A DNA stretch of 61,572 nt, counting the filler, from Bacteriovoracaceae bacterium (GTDB taxonomy: Bacteria; Bdellovibrionota; Bacteriovoracia; Bacteriovoracales; Bacteriovoracaceae), in NCBI GenBank assembly GCA_018649885.1. It is 5 parts of 5 records of this genome, joined end to end, with 100 filler letters (N's around TTAATTAATTAA, not from the genome) between each part and the next. Parts side by side here need not be neighbours in the genome. Positions count along the whole stretch, not along the records: positions 1 to 23,721 come from JABIHA010000037.1; 4 more parts are not named here. The stretch is one strand, 5' to 3'. The number at the start of each line of letters is the position of its first letter. Within the stretch, counting starts at the first letter, position 1. A program made the position numbers and the translations under genes. Below the pieces are notes generated by a model. The model did not search any database and was not told where the DNA came from. It was given only the letters and a program-made list of their open reading frames with translations. Positions 1 through 9,821 of the stretch are shown here, in pieces.

Positions 1-139
1 CATACATATCCATACTAATCACTCCTCCTCCGATACAACGGGATGCTATTAAGCTTCGTGTCATATCAAAATGTGAGGTGGGTGACTTTTAGGCCGTTAA
101 ATGGCACTTACCCGGGTGACTATTGGACTGCTAAAACCA
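1..139 (-). mobile_element. Left end of an IS21-family-like insertion sequence, with the start of the putative istA transposase (GTG at 22, MISMDMY...) running off the window
   Basis: Minus strand starts TGGTTTTAGCAGTCCAATAGTCACCC at 139 with a second sub-terminal repeat TTTAACGGCCTAAAAGTCACCCACC. These match the end at 28723 (21/26 and 20/25). GGAGGAGGA RBS precedes GTG ATT AGT ATG GAT ATG TAT. TG termini with tandem sub-terminal repeats are typical of IS21. Confidence 0.7.
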
Positions 140-221
140 GCTCTGAACAATAATTAAATGTACTTAACTTGAACCGGCCAATTCATAACTAGAGGAGTTG
201 GCCCCCGTTCCTTTAGTTGAA

Positions 222-983
222 TTATTTACTCTTGCATTTGCTGACAAAGAGCTTGAGTAAAGGTCCTGGATCAAGTGTTTCGCAGTCCATCGTGTGAAAA
301 AACTCAGGGTGCCATTGAATACCAACAATAAATCGTTCGAGGTCATTGTCCATAAGCTCATGCCTAACAGCTTCAATCAGGCCGTCTTGCGGGCAAGTGG
401 CCTCAACTTTAAGACCATCACCAAGTTTATTGATCCCTTGATGGTGAACGCTGTTGATAATGCGGCACTTATCAGTGAGATGAAGACTTTCTAGGAGGCC
501 TTTTTTTTCAAACTTTACTTCGTGGGTTAGTTCATCATATTTTTCTTTGCATACATGTTCTATAGAGTTGTCTCTGAGAGAGGGAATATCTTGAATTAGA
601 GTTCCGTTGAAATAGACATTAAGCAGCTGCATTCCTCTGCAAATTCCCAAAATAGGCAATTTACTTTTTACTGCATAATCCATAATTTTCTTCTCATACA
701 TATCTCTTTGAGGATCACCCTCCCATTTAAAATGCTTAGGAGTTTCACCGTAGAATTCTGGAGAGATATCTAGACCACCTTGGAAGATAAAACCATCGAG
801 CTCCGAGAGAAATTCATAGAAGATCTTTTCATCGGGAAGATCGGGAATCAAAATAGGCATAATTCCAGACAGCCCCAGGTAGTGGGACATATCGTGGCCC
901 ATATACAAAAGGGTTTTGGGCCCAAAGACCTCACGGTTTGGATCTGGGTACATAAAACAGGCGCTGAGTCCGATTTTTACCAA
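222..983 (-). CDS. Gamma-glutamyl-gamma-aminobutyrate hydrolase family (peptidase C26, class I glutamine amidotransferase)
   Basis: GGLDISP, LGICRGMQ nucleophile motif, NSVHHQ, QWHPE. Confidence 0.9.
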   Translation of the reverse strand: MVKIGLSACFMYPDPNREVFGPKTLLYMGHDMSHYLGLSGIMPILIPDLPDEKIFYEFLSELDGFIFQGGLDISPEFYGETPKHFKWEGDPQRDMYEKKIMDYAVKSKLPILGICRGMQLLNVYFNGTLIQDIPSLRDNSIEHVCKEKYDELTHEVKFEKKGLLESLHLTDKCRIINSVHHQGINKLGDGLKVEATCPQDGLIEAVRHELMDNDLERFIVGIQWHPEFFHTMDCETLDPGPLLKLFVSKCKSK

Positions 984-986
984 GAA

Positions 987-2597
987 CTATCTCCCGCTTC
1001 TTTTGAAAACATTAAACTTCCTCTTGCGCTTTTTATGGCCTTTGATAGGTACCAGCATAATGCCGTGGGCGTAACCTCGCTCCAATCCGTAATCTTTAGA
1101 AATAGTACCGCCCAAGCTTTCAATCTTTTTTTCGATGGCCTCGAAAACCGTATAACCCGACTTCCATACTGATCTAAAAATCAGGCCAACAAGTGAGCTG
1201 ATTCCAAATCCGCCTCTAACCACACCTTCTGTTAGGGCCACTCGGTAGAATTTGAGTGGATTAATTTTTTTGCCATCAATTCTCATATTTTTAACTTTGA
1301 GCTTACCCTTTCCTTTATCTTCTAAGTCAAAGTCTAGTCCTCCAAAATATAGTGGTATACCAAGCTTTAAGACGGCCCATGAAACCGATCCAACCAACCA
1401 GCCCTGAATATAGACATCATAAATTTTCCAACCTGTAGGGTCTTTTAACTCAAAAATTCGGGGGTAACCTGTCACAATATTGGCGCGCGTAATATTCCCA
1501 GCTGGCTGCTCATGTCCTTCAAATGAACCTGAATGAACAGAGACATCTGCATCGATCACTTCTTTGATGGCATCAGTTACAACATTCCCCCAAATTGTGG
1601 GCCTAGTAATTGCTGGCTCTAGAGGCACTTCACTGTAGCCTACCACTTCATCAAGCCAGGTTTCACCTAGCACGGCCCGATATTCTTTTTTGGCATTTTC
1701 AACGTAGCTTAGCATTGCGCTGTCTTCCACGCTGTTTTTTACCTCAAGGACTTCGTACTCTTCAATTTTAAGGGGCTTGTCTGGCACAAGATCAAGAGTC
1801 ATTTTTCCCAACCATTTTCCGTGGGCCCCAAGTTGAACAATAGGTACAAGCTGACCAGATTTACTATTTTTTTCTATTATTGGTTTGGGGAAAAATTCAT
1901 GCGAGTGACCACCGACGACAAGATCAATTCCTTCAACCTTTCTAATCATCTCTTTGTCAGTTTCACTTCCTAGATGAGTCAGCATAATAACAAAATCAAC
2001 ATCGTGTTGTTTTCTCAATATTTTGACATATTTTTTAGCGGCCTTAATAGGGTTTTTAATTTTACCACCGACCAGTTGCCACTGATAAAGAATCTCTTTA
2101 GTCGTAAGCCCAATCACGCCAATTTTTACTCCGCCTTTATTAAAAATTTGGTAGGGTCTGATATGTTTACCAATATAAGGGTAGGCAACAGAAATAGACA
2201 TATTGGCCGAAAGAAAAGGCTTTTTAGGATTGAGCCTTTTTAAAATGGCATTGAGTTCGGGGCTTCCCATTAACCAATCGTGATTTCCCACTACAACAGC
2301 GTCATAACCCAACTTATAGACAGCTTCGAAAGATCTAAAACCTTTTTCTGCCCAGTAATAGAGATTACCTTCGGAAAAATCTCCACCATCGAGAAGTAGA
2401 GTTTCATTACCTGCATCGAGAGATTTCTTTTTATTGTCATCAAGCGAAGCCTTGAGCGCTGGATATCCACCTAAACTTGGCTCATCACCAGAGTCCTCCA
2501 TATAGCTATGAAGATCATTAGTGTGATAAAGATCCAGGGTAATGGCATGAAGAGAATAAGAGCTGACTAACAGAAAACAAATCGCGAGAAATCTCAT
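987..2597 (-). CDS. Secreted bifunctional metallophosphatase/5'-nucleotidase
   Basis: HTNDLHS, LDGGD, GNHD, LTHLG, GGHSH motifs; signal peptide from MRFLAICFLL (start moved to 2597). Confidence 0.9.
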   Translation of the reverse strand: MRFLAICFLLVSSYSLHAITLDLYHTNDLHSYMEDSGDEPSLGGYPALKASLDDNKKKSLDAGNETLLLDGGDFSEGNLYYWAEKGFRSFEAVYKLGYDAVVVGNHDWLMGSPELNAILKRLNPKKPFLSANMSISVAYPYIGKHIRPYQIFNKGGVKIGVIGLTTKEILYQWQLVGGKIKNPIKAAKKYVKILRKQHDVDFVIMLTHLGSETDKEMIRKVEGIDLVVGGHSHEFFPKPIIEKNSKSGQLVPIVQLGAHGKWLGKMTLDLVPDKPLKIEEYEVLEVKNSVEDSAMLSYVENAKKEYRAVLGETWLDEVVGYSEVPLEPAITRPTIWGNVVTDAIKEVIDADVSVHSGSFEGHEQPAGNITRANIVTGYPRIFELKDPTGWKIYDVYIQGWLVGSVSWAVLKLGIPLYFGGLDFDLEDKGKGKLKVKNMRIDGKKINPLKFYRVALTEGVVRGGFGISSLVGLIFRSVWKSGYTVFEAIEKKIESLGGTISKDYGLERGYAHGIMLVPIKGHKKRKRKFNVFKRSGR

Positions 2598-2758
2598 GTT
2601 TAGGTATCCTTTCCTTAAGGGTGCATCCTTGCCCAAAAATATATAACAAATTACATCAATTTTTATGTTTTATTTTCGGCATCACTGTTTTAAAAATTAA
2701 CTAAACTTTTAAGATGCGACAAGTTAACCGGTTGAATTTTTTACGGGAGAAAATAGAT

Positions 2759-4363
2759 TTGAGCACAAAAACGATTTTGCCGCGATGTACATTCGCTATT
2801 ATCTCCCACCCTGATGCGGGAAAGACCACCATGACTGAAAAACTTCTCTGGTTTGGTGGAGTTGTCCGCTCGGCCGGAATGGTAAAATCTAAGTCGGACC
2901 AATTTGCTAAGTCGGATTGGATGGAATTAGAGCAGCAAAGAGGAATCTCCGTAACTAGTTCAGTTATGTCCTTTGATTACAATGAAAGGGCCCTTCATTT
3001 GTTAGACACTCCAGGCCACGAGGACTTTTCTGAAGATACATATCGAACTCTCACAGCAGTTGAGTCAGTTCTGATGATGATTGACTCCGCCAAGGGTGTT
3101 GAGGCCCAAACCATAAAGCTTATGGATGTTTGTCGTATGAGAGACACACCCATTGTCACCTTCATGAATAAATACGATAGAGAAAGTCTCGATCCCTTTG
3201 AATTGATCGACAATGTGGAAAAGGTTTTAAATATCCAGTGTGTGCCACTGACCTGGCCTATTGGAAGTGGAGTCGATTTCAAGGGTGTCTATGACATTGC
3301 TAGAAAAAGAATATTGAGCTTTGGGGAGAAAAATGATCCCTTTAATCCCAAAATTTTGGATGCAGCTGATTTAGATTCCAGTGAAGTGCTAGACTTTGTT
3401 GGAGAAGAGCTGCTTGAAAAGCTTAAAAGTGAACTTGAAATGGTGACTGAGCTGATTTCTCCCTTTGATAAGGAAGAATATCTGGCAGGAATCCAATCCC
3501 CCGTCTTCTTTGGGAGTGCCCTATTTAATTTTGGTGTCAAAGAAGTGCTAGATGAAATATGTAATATTGCGCCAACCCCTAGACCCAGATCAGCTCTGCT
3601 GGCCCCCTTTGATGAAAAGGCCCCCAGTAGAATGATTGATCCTAGTGAATCAAAATTCAGCGGTTTTGTTTTTAAAATTCAGGCCAATATGGATAAAAAG
3701 CATCGAGACCGTATCTCGTTTATGAGAGTGTGCTCTGGATCTTTCAAGAGAAATGCAAAAATTTTCCATGTGCGGACAAAAAAAGATATCAAAATTCCAA
3801 CTCCCCTTATTTTTCAGGCCAGAGACAGAGAAATTGTTGAACAGGCCTTCCCAGGAGATATTATTGGGCTGTATGATTCTGGAAAATACCAAATTGGCGA
3901 CACATTCACCGAAGGTGAGCAGATTCGCTACACAGGTATTCCCAATTTTGCACCAGAGCTTTTTATGAGAGTGATGCTTAAAGATCCTCTTAAGGCTAAA
4001 CAACTGGACAAAGGTCTACTACAACTATCAGAAGAAGGGGCGACCCAAGTTTTCAAAAGAACAGTTGGCAGCGAGAAAATTTTGGGGGCAGTAGGAAAAC
4101 TACAATTTGATGTGGTCAAATTTAGATTAGAAGATGAATACTCAGTAAAGGCCACTTATGAACCCGTACCTTTTCAAGGGATTCGCTGGCTTCGTTTTCC
4201 CGATGAAAAAGTCCAGGAAACTTTTTTAAGGGATTATTCTGGATACATAATGCACGATAAAAACCAACACCCTTGTTTTGCAGTGAGATCGGAGTGGGAT
4301 TTAAAATTGTGTATGGAAAAAAATGAAACTGTTGAGTTCTTCAATAATAGTGATTTTCTATAA
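2759..4363 (+). CDS. prfC: Peptide chain release factor 3
   Basis: FAIISHPDAGKTT, RGISVTSS, LLDTPGHEDFSEDTYR, FKIQANMD; probable TTG start at 2759 after GGGAG. Confidence 0.96.
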   Translation: MSTKTILPRCTFAIISHPDAGKTTMTEKLLWFGGVVRSAGMVKSKSDQFAKSDWMELEQQRGISVTSSVMSFDYNERALHLLDTPGHEDFSEDTYRTLTAVESVLMMIDSAKGVEAQTIKLMDVCRMRDTPIVTFMNKYDRESLDPFELIDNVEKVLNIQCVPLTWPIGSGVDFKGVYDIARKRILSFGEKNDPFNPKILDAADLDSSEVLDFVGEELLEKLKSELEMVTELISPFDKEEYLAGIQSPVFFGSALFNFGVKEVLDEICNIAPTPRPRSALLAPFDEKAPSRMIDPSESKFSGFVFKIQANMDKKHRDRISFMRVCSGSFKRNAKIFHVRTKKDIKIPTPLIFQARDREIVEQAFPGDIIGLYDSGKYQIGDTFTEGEQIRYTGIPNFAPELFMRVMLKDPLKAKQLDKGLLQLSEEGATQVFKRTVGSEKILGAVGKLQFDVVKFRLEDEYSVKATYEPVPFQGIRWLRFPDEKVQETFLRDYSGYIMHDKNQHPCFAVRSEWDLKLCMEKNETVEFFNNSDFL

Positions 4364-4374
4364 GGCGTGTTGTC

Positions 4375-5496
4375 TTAATATTTTTTTATTTGGGGATCAA
4401 CCTGGTCGGCCCAGCCGATGATCCCTCCTTTTAAACTTTTGGCGTTGGTCACTCCAGCATCTTTTAGAACATCAAGTGCCTTAAGCGATCTTCCTCCCAT
4501 TTTGCAGTAGACGACAATTTCTTTTTCCAATGGAATTTCATTAACTCGATTTTCCAGCTGTCCCAGTGGAATATGGAGTCCACTATCAATACGGCAAATA
4601 TCTCTTTCAAAATTCTCTCTCACATCTAAGGTGGTGACTTCATCAAGGCGTGACAAAAGGTAGTCTGGGTCAACCTCTGATGGACTCTTAAAAGCTTTCA
4701 AACTGCAGCTATTTTGGACTTCGGTTAACTCTTTAATGACACTTCCCTTTGAGCATAGTGGACACTGAGGATCCCTTCCCATTGTTAAATTCTGAAAACT
4801 CATAGCAAGGGCGTCGTAGAGAATTAATTTGTTAGCAGACACTTCACCAATTCCAAGGATTATTTTTAAACACTCAGTGGCCTGCATAGTTCCTATCACT
4901 CCAGGCAATACTCCCAGCACTCCTGCCTCAGAACAATTGGGGGCAGCCTCTTTTGGGGGCGGAGAGGGAAATAGGCAGCGGTAGCAGCTACTCCCCTGGT
5001 AATTAAAAACGCTGAGTTGCCCTTCGAATCCCATAATCGCACCACTGACAAGAGGGATTTTGGAAAAATAGGCGGCGTCATTCACAAGATAGCGTGTGGT
5101 GAAATTGTCTGACCCATCCACAACTATGTCGTATCCCTCAAAAATAGAAAGAGCATTTTTTGTGGTTAGCTTTTCAGGAAAACATTCAATTTCAATATGG
5201 GGATTGATCTCAAGTAGTCTAAGCCTTGCCATGTCAATTTTAGCTTTTCCAACTTGTGAGCTTGAATAAAGAATTTGGCGCTGAAGGTTTGATTCATCAA
5301 CTACGTCATATTCCACGAGTCCAATGTGCCCAACACCAGAAGCTGCAAGGTACATGGCCACAGGGGAGCCCAGTCCGCCAACTCCCACTAGCAAAACACT
5401 GGCCTTTTGAAGGGTAAGCTGACCTTCTACTCCTACCTCAGGCAGCGTTAAATGCCTTGCGTAACGTATTGTCTGTTCAGGGGTCAGCTTTTTCAT
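4375..5496 (-). CDS. moeB: MoeB/ThiF-family adenylyltransferase with C-terminal rhodanese domain (MoeZ-like)
   Basis: RYARHL, GVGGLG, SNLQRQ, CYRC and CPLC zinc sites, rhodanese YCKMGGRS. Confidence 0.9.
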   Translation of the reverse strand: MKKLTPEQTIRYARHLTLPEVGVEGQLTLQKASVLLVGVGGLGSPVAMYLAASGVGHIGLVEYDVVDESNLQRQILYSSSQVGKAKIDMARLRLLEINPHIEIECFPEKLTTKNALSIFEGYDIVVDGSDNFTTRYLVNDAAYFSKIPLVSGAIMGFEGQLSVFNYQGSSCYRCLFPSPPPKEAAPNCSEAGVLGVLPGVIGTMQATECLKIILGIGEVSANKLILYDALAMSFQNLTMGRDPQCPLCSKGSVIKELTEVQNSCSLKAFKSPSEVDPDYLLSRLDEVTTLDVRENFERDICRIDSGLHIPLGQLENRVNEIPLEKEIVVYCKMGGRSLKALDVLKDAGVTNAKSLKGGIIGWADQVDPQIKKY

Positions 5497-5658
5497 TTGG
5501 AATCATCCTTACAATCGCTAATAATCAACCATCAATTTAATGTATGACACCTTGATAGCAACATGGCAAACATCACACTTACCGCCAATTTATGATGGAC
5601 AGGTGATAAAAGACAAGGCAAATACTGGTACTCAACTAACACTTTGAGGGGGCTAAAT

Positions 5659-6705
5659 TTGAAGGCATTGGTAAGTACAAGAAAAGGCCTTTTAATTTTG
5701 GGAAAAAATGGCCAAGTCTTCACCGTTGATAAGGTTCATTTTGAAGGTGTAAAAGTTTCTATCGCCGAGTACAATCCATACAATGGAAATATTTGGGCCG
5801 GCATAAATCACGACCGCAGGGGTCCCAAGCTCCACCTCTCAAGAGATGATGGTCGAAAATTTATCGAGGCCCCCACCCCAGCATTTGCCAAAGATGAGGG
5901 CCTTGCTCTTGTCGATTTTGGGGCCTTTGGCTTTGATAAAACAGGACGCATTTATATTGGCACTCTGCCAGCAGCACTCTTTTATTCAGATGATAATGGA
6001 GAAAGCTGGAATCAATTGAGCAGTCTTTCGAAAATCAACGGTTTCGAAAGTTGGTCTGGTGGTAAAGCAAATCAAACTTGCCTCCATTCAATTTTAATCA
6101 ATCCTGATGATGATAATCACGTCACTGTGGGAATCTCCTGTGCCGGAGTCATTGAAAGCCGTGACCGTGGTCAAACTTGGAATTACGCAAACAAAGGTCT
6201 TAAGACCTATTTCTTACCAGATGAAGATGCTACTGCCATACAAGACCCTCACCTACTTGTTAGGTCAAAAAGTCATCCAGAAATTATTTGGCAGCAAAAT
6301 CATTGTGGAATTTTCAAATCAACTGATCATGGAGCTAGCTGGAGTGATCTTTCAAAGGCCTCCGGTCTCACAAGTCCCTTTGGTTTTTCTATAGCTGTAG
6401 ATGAAAAAGATCCCGATATTGCATATACAATTCCTGTCAAGAGTGATGAGCTTAGAGTTCCTGTAGACAATACGCTTTATATTCAAAAAACAACTGATGG
6501 TGGCAAAAGCTTTCGGAGTATATGTGAAGGTCTTCCCAGTGGTGCATGCTTTGATATAAGTTACCGACATGCTTTTGATTTAAAGAAAAAGACCCTTGCT
6601 TTTGGTACTACCACAGGGAATTTATATTTTTCTCATGACAGTGGTGAAAGCTGGCGTCAGGAATTTGCACATCTGCCGCCTATTTATGCTCTTCGCCTCT
6701 TTTAA
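5659..6705 (+). CDS. BNR/Asp-box repeat beta-propeller protein (exo-alpha-sialidase/glycosyl hydrolase-like)
   Basis: Repeated SxDxGxxW/F boxes (SRDDGRKF, SDDNGESW, SRDRGQTW, STDHGASW, SHDSGESW) and WQQNHCG; start 5644 or 5659. Confidence 0.8.
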   Translation: MKALVSTRKGLLILGKNGQVFTVDKVHFEGVKVSIAEYNPYNGNIWAGINHDRRGPKLHLSRDDGRKFIEAPTPAFAKDEGLALVDFGAFGFDKTGRIYIGTLPAALFYSDDNGESWNQLSSLSKINGFESWSGGKANQTCLHSILINPDDDNHVTVGISCAGVIESRDRGQTWNYANKGLKTYFLPDEDATAIQDPHLLVRSKSHPEIIWQQNHCGIFKSTDHGASWSDLSKASGLTSPFGFSIAVDEKDPDIAYTIPVKSDELRVPVDNTLYIQKTTDGGKSFRSICEGLPSGACFDISYRHAFDLKKKTLAFGTTTGNLYFSHDSGESWRQEFAHLPPIYALRLF

Positions 6706-7481
6706 TTTTTTTGGTAATTTTTTTGGTAATTTTTTTGGCGATAGTGAATGGTCTCAATTTTTTTATTTCTAATTCTCCACAAAATTCCTGGATCACAGTG
6801 ATCCGCTCCTAGGGGAAGATACGAAGTAGCTGACTCAGATCCATCTCTAGGTTTGACCCTTCTTACTCTTGCGTATGACCAATTAATAGGCTGGTGCATT
6901 TTTTTGTTACTGATATCAGCGCACTTGTATTTCTTGTGCTCTTTTACCCATTTTTTCTTCTTGAAATCAAAGCGGTGTGCCACTCCTTTTTGCTCACACA
7001 AATATTCACAAAGGTAATAGACCTCTCCTCGAATAATAGTCACCACATCATTCCAGGGTCCACATTTATTCAGTGTTGAGACCACCTTTCCTTTTTCTAA
7101 ATCAATGGCGTGAATTTTAGGAATGTAGCCCTTTACGGGATGATTCCACCCAAGCTCAAAGAAATTCATACCACGGTGTAGGAAGGAGGTGATTAAAGTT
7201 TCCTCTCCATAAAAATGACCTGGCAAAACCATGATCCGCCCGACTTCCGCGTGAGAATCAATATTATCCTTTTTCATTATGTGCATACTTTTATCAACCA
7301 TGTACTCCACCCCCCCAACTCTAAGTTGAAAGTGGTTGATATTGTCTACTACCTCTCTTCCATTTTTGACTTCCTCAACCGTTAGCAGCCTTTTAGGTCC
7401 TGTGGTTGAATAATAGGTATCACAGGCCCACAGCTGAAAAGGTGAGAAAATCATCATCAAAATCAAAAGCTTTTTCTTCAT
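6702..7481 (-). CDS. Hypothetical secreted protein with C-terminal QKNY repeat
   Basis: Signal peptide MKKKLLILMMIFSPFQLWA at 7481; no recognisable domain. Confidence 0.65.
   Translation of the reverse strand: MKKKLLILMMIFSPFQLWACDTYYSTTGPKRLLTVEEVKNGREVVDNINHFQLRVGGVEYMVDKSMHIMKKDNIDSHAEVGRIMVLPGHFYGEETLITSFLHRGMNFFELGWNHPVKGYIPKIHAIDLEKGKVVSTLNKCGPWNDVVTIIRGEVYYLCEYLCEQKGVAHRFDFKKKKWVKEHKKYKCADISNKKMHQPINWSYARVRRVKPRDGSESATSYLPLGADHCDPGILWRIRNKKIETIHYRQKNYQKNYQKN
6703..6738. repeat. Tandem repeat (TAATTTTTTTGG)x3 over the junction of two convergent stop codons
   Basis: Directly visible; encodes QKNYQKNYQKN. Confidence 0.85.
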
Positions 7482-7627
7482 ACTATCCATTTTATGGCCA
7501 AAGCCCTGGGGCTCCAAATCACTGTGCTTAGATCCATTTTGCCCCGCACCTGCGGGAAAATTTGGCACTGGGAGCAATTTGGAACATATAAGTCACTGAA
7601 TTTACAATATGACTAAACAAAATTTCC

Positions 7628-7643
7628 TGGCATGCCGCTTGTA
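7628..7643 (+). promoter_or_regulatory. Putative sigma-54 -24/-12 promoter
   Basis: TGGCATG-CCGC-TTGTA versus consensus TGGCACG-N4-TTGCW, 40 nt upstream of a small ORF. Confidence 0.55.
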
Positions 7644-7682
7644 TATAGTCTGAGTGAGTAACGCGAGGACAGGAGGTATCTT

Positions 7683-7835
7683 ATGAACTCACATTTGAAC
7701 TCAAAACCAGCTAAGAAAAACCAGACAGCAAAAGCATTGGCGCTTTCACTTCCCCTAGAGATGGCCTACCAATCAGCAATTGCAGGCGTGAAAATCATGA
7801 TGTTTTTCGCATTGTATCTTCTTATTACAGCTTAG
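7683..7835 (+). CDS. Small 50-aa protein with C-terminal hydrophobic segment (not in ORF track)
   Basis: AGGAGG RBS then ATG; MNSHLNSKPAKKNQTAKALALSLPLEMAYQSAIAGVKIMMFFALYLLITA. Confidence 0.65.
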   Translation: MNSHLNSKPAKKNQTAKALALSLPLEMAYQSAIAGVKIMMFFALYLLITA

Positions 7836-8330
7836 GTTAACCAATTCGAGGGTTAAAGCGACTCATGGAAGAGCGCGTAAACACCCAAATTTCCGAAAGC
7901 TTCTGCCTAGCAACTAGGAATTCTGTTCCATTCAAGAGACTATAAGCTAGATTAATTAACAAAGGGTCGGCTTATTAATACATGTGAAGCACAGGTACAG
8001 CTTCTCAATGAGATACACTCTCTAGAAAATTACATAGAGCGTCTCTTTACGATCTTAGAAAGCAATAAAGTTATTAGGGCAGAGTGCACAAGGCTTTGCT
8101 TTGAGGTAACCGAAGAAATACTCCAAACCATTCAGGTAGACCTACTACACCTCGGGAAGTCATCCCTTGTTAGTGACTGGAATATAGACGAGTGCCACCT
8201 CCAAATCCATAAAAGCCTTACTCTTCTTAAGAGCTACATCACTCTCCTTGCAGGCCACAAAAAAGGTATTAAAAAACTGATATTTACCGTTAACGGAATT
8301 TATCGCTTTACCAGTGACCTACACAGCGGA

Positions 8331-9014
8331 ATGGACAGTAGGGATGAGCTCAAGATCCAACGTCCCAGACTTGGTGTCCTCAAGCAAAAAAACATAAAGG
8401 GAGCAGTGATTCCCTCTTTTTCTCTAGATGAGAAAGATTTCGCCAGTTCTAGTTTAAAAGAGAAGATTCTTCCAAAAATTTTAAACTTTGAAGATCAAAA
8501 ATCCATTAAATATATCCGCTTAATCAAACAAGGTCACAAGCACGTTTTATCCAAAAACCATAACCTGGCACTGGAAATGTTTGAAAGGGCCAATAAGATA
8601 AAACAAACAACAAAAACTCTCTCTCTTATAAGTTGGGTCCACTCACTAAAGGGAGACCTAGAACAGGCCAAGGCGATTTGTTTTAAGGCCATCGAATTAA
8701 ACCCAGAGCAGGGAACCCCCTACAATGATATGGGTTCCTTTTTACTCCAAGATAGTAAATACCACGAGGCCCTAGACTGGTTTAAAAAAGCAAAATCTGC
8801 AAAATTTGCTACAAACAGAGAATACCCCTACATCAACTCGGCCCGCGCCTACTTACAACTCAAACAATATAGAAAGGCCTTGAGCGAATTTAAAAAGGCC
8901 GTTGAGTTTGTACCTTACCAAAAAGATCTACACGAAATTATTTTAAAACTTAAATATCGTTTAAAATTTTCCAAAGAAGGCCCTGGTTTAGATTTCCAGG
9001 GAAGACTTGATTAA
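8331..9014 (+). CDS. Tetratricopeptide repeat protein; frame is open upstream to about 7956, so the true start may be earlier
   Basis: TPR patterns (AKAICFKAIELNPEQGTPYNDMG, ALSEFKKAVEFVP). Confidence 0.8.
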   Translation: MDSRDELKIQRPRLGVLKQKNIKGAVIPSFSLDEKDFASSSLKEKILPKILNFEDQKSIKYIRLIKQGHKHVLSKNHNLALEMFERANKIKQTTKTLSLISWVHSLKGDLEQAKAICFKAIELNPEQGTPYNDMGSFLLQDSKYHEALDWFKKAKSAKFATNREYPYINSARAYLQLKQYRKALSEFKKAVEFVPYQKDLHEIILKLKYRLKFSKEGPGLDFQGRLD

Positions 9015-9022
9015 GCCTGCCT

Positions 9023-9784
9023 ATGAAAAGAAATGAGTTAGAAAGTTATCTCGCTGAATACCTTAGTACCGGAGATTTTAAGGACTATTGTCCCAATGGT
9101 CTTCAAATCGAAGGCCACGAGGAAATAAAGAAATTAGCTTTTGCTGTGACGGCCACACAGGCCAGCATCGACTTTGCAGCTTCAAATAAATGCAGTGGCC
9201 TGGTAGTCCACCATGGCCTGCTGTGGAATTTTGAAGGGGGAAAACCTCTTCGCGGGCACTTTGGCAATAGAATGAAAAGTGTAATTGGAGCCAATCTCAA
9301 TCTCCTTGCTTATCATCTTCCGCTTGATTCTCACCTCGAAATAGGAAATGCTGCAAGCCTCGCCAGCAGAATTGGTTTAACGGATCTAAGTGGCTTTGGT
9401 GATTACAAAGGAATGCCAACTGGGGTTCAAGGGCGCTTTTCTAAACCCATAAAATCTTGCGAGTTAAAAACGAAATTACTGGGTACTCTCAACAATGAAG
9501 TAAGGCTTGCTAGTAGGGACCACAACCTTGAAATCGAAACCATGGCCATCATTACTGGTGGGGCCAATCATGAATGGAGACAGGCCTTAGAGCTAGGGCT
9601 TGACGCCTACCTAACAGGTGAAATGCAAATACAAGATTGGCATGAAGTAATGGAAACTGATTTTCAAATGTTTAGTGGAGGCCACCATGCCACTGAAAGA
9701 TTTGGAATTCAGGCCCTTATGGCACATATAGAAAGCAAGTTTAAAACCCAATGCTTATTTTTTGACGAGTGCAATCCACTCTAA
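9023..9784 (+). CDS. Nif3-like dinuclear metal centre protein (YbgI/DUF34)
   Basis: DYCPNGLQIEG, VHHG, YHLPLDSH, GHHATERFG. Confidence 0.93.
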   Translation: MKRNELESYLAEYLSTGDFKDYCPNGLQIEGHEEIKKLAFAVTATQASIDFAASNKCSGLVVHHGLLWNFEGGKPLRGHFGNRMKSVIGANLNLLAYHLPLDSHLEIGNAASLASRIGLTDLSGFGDYKGMPTGVQGRFSKPIKSCELKTKLLGTLNNEVRLASRDHNLEIETMAIITGGANHEWRQALELGLDAYLTGEMQIQDWHEVMETDFQMFSGGHHATERFGIQALMAHIESKFKTQCLFFDECNPL

Positions 9785-9821
9785 GAGTTAAAATCCCATA
9801 ATGATTTATACTGATCCCAGT

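Noticed and set aside
30..215. Possible riboswitch leader
   Set aside because: Better explained as IS21-like terminal repeats; the AAAGGAACGGGGG similarity to c-di-AMP riboswitches is not supported by the rest of the motif
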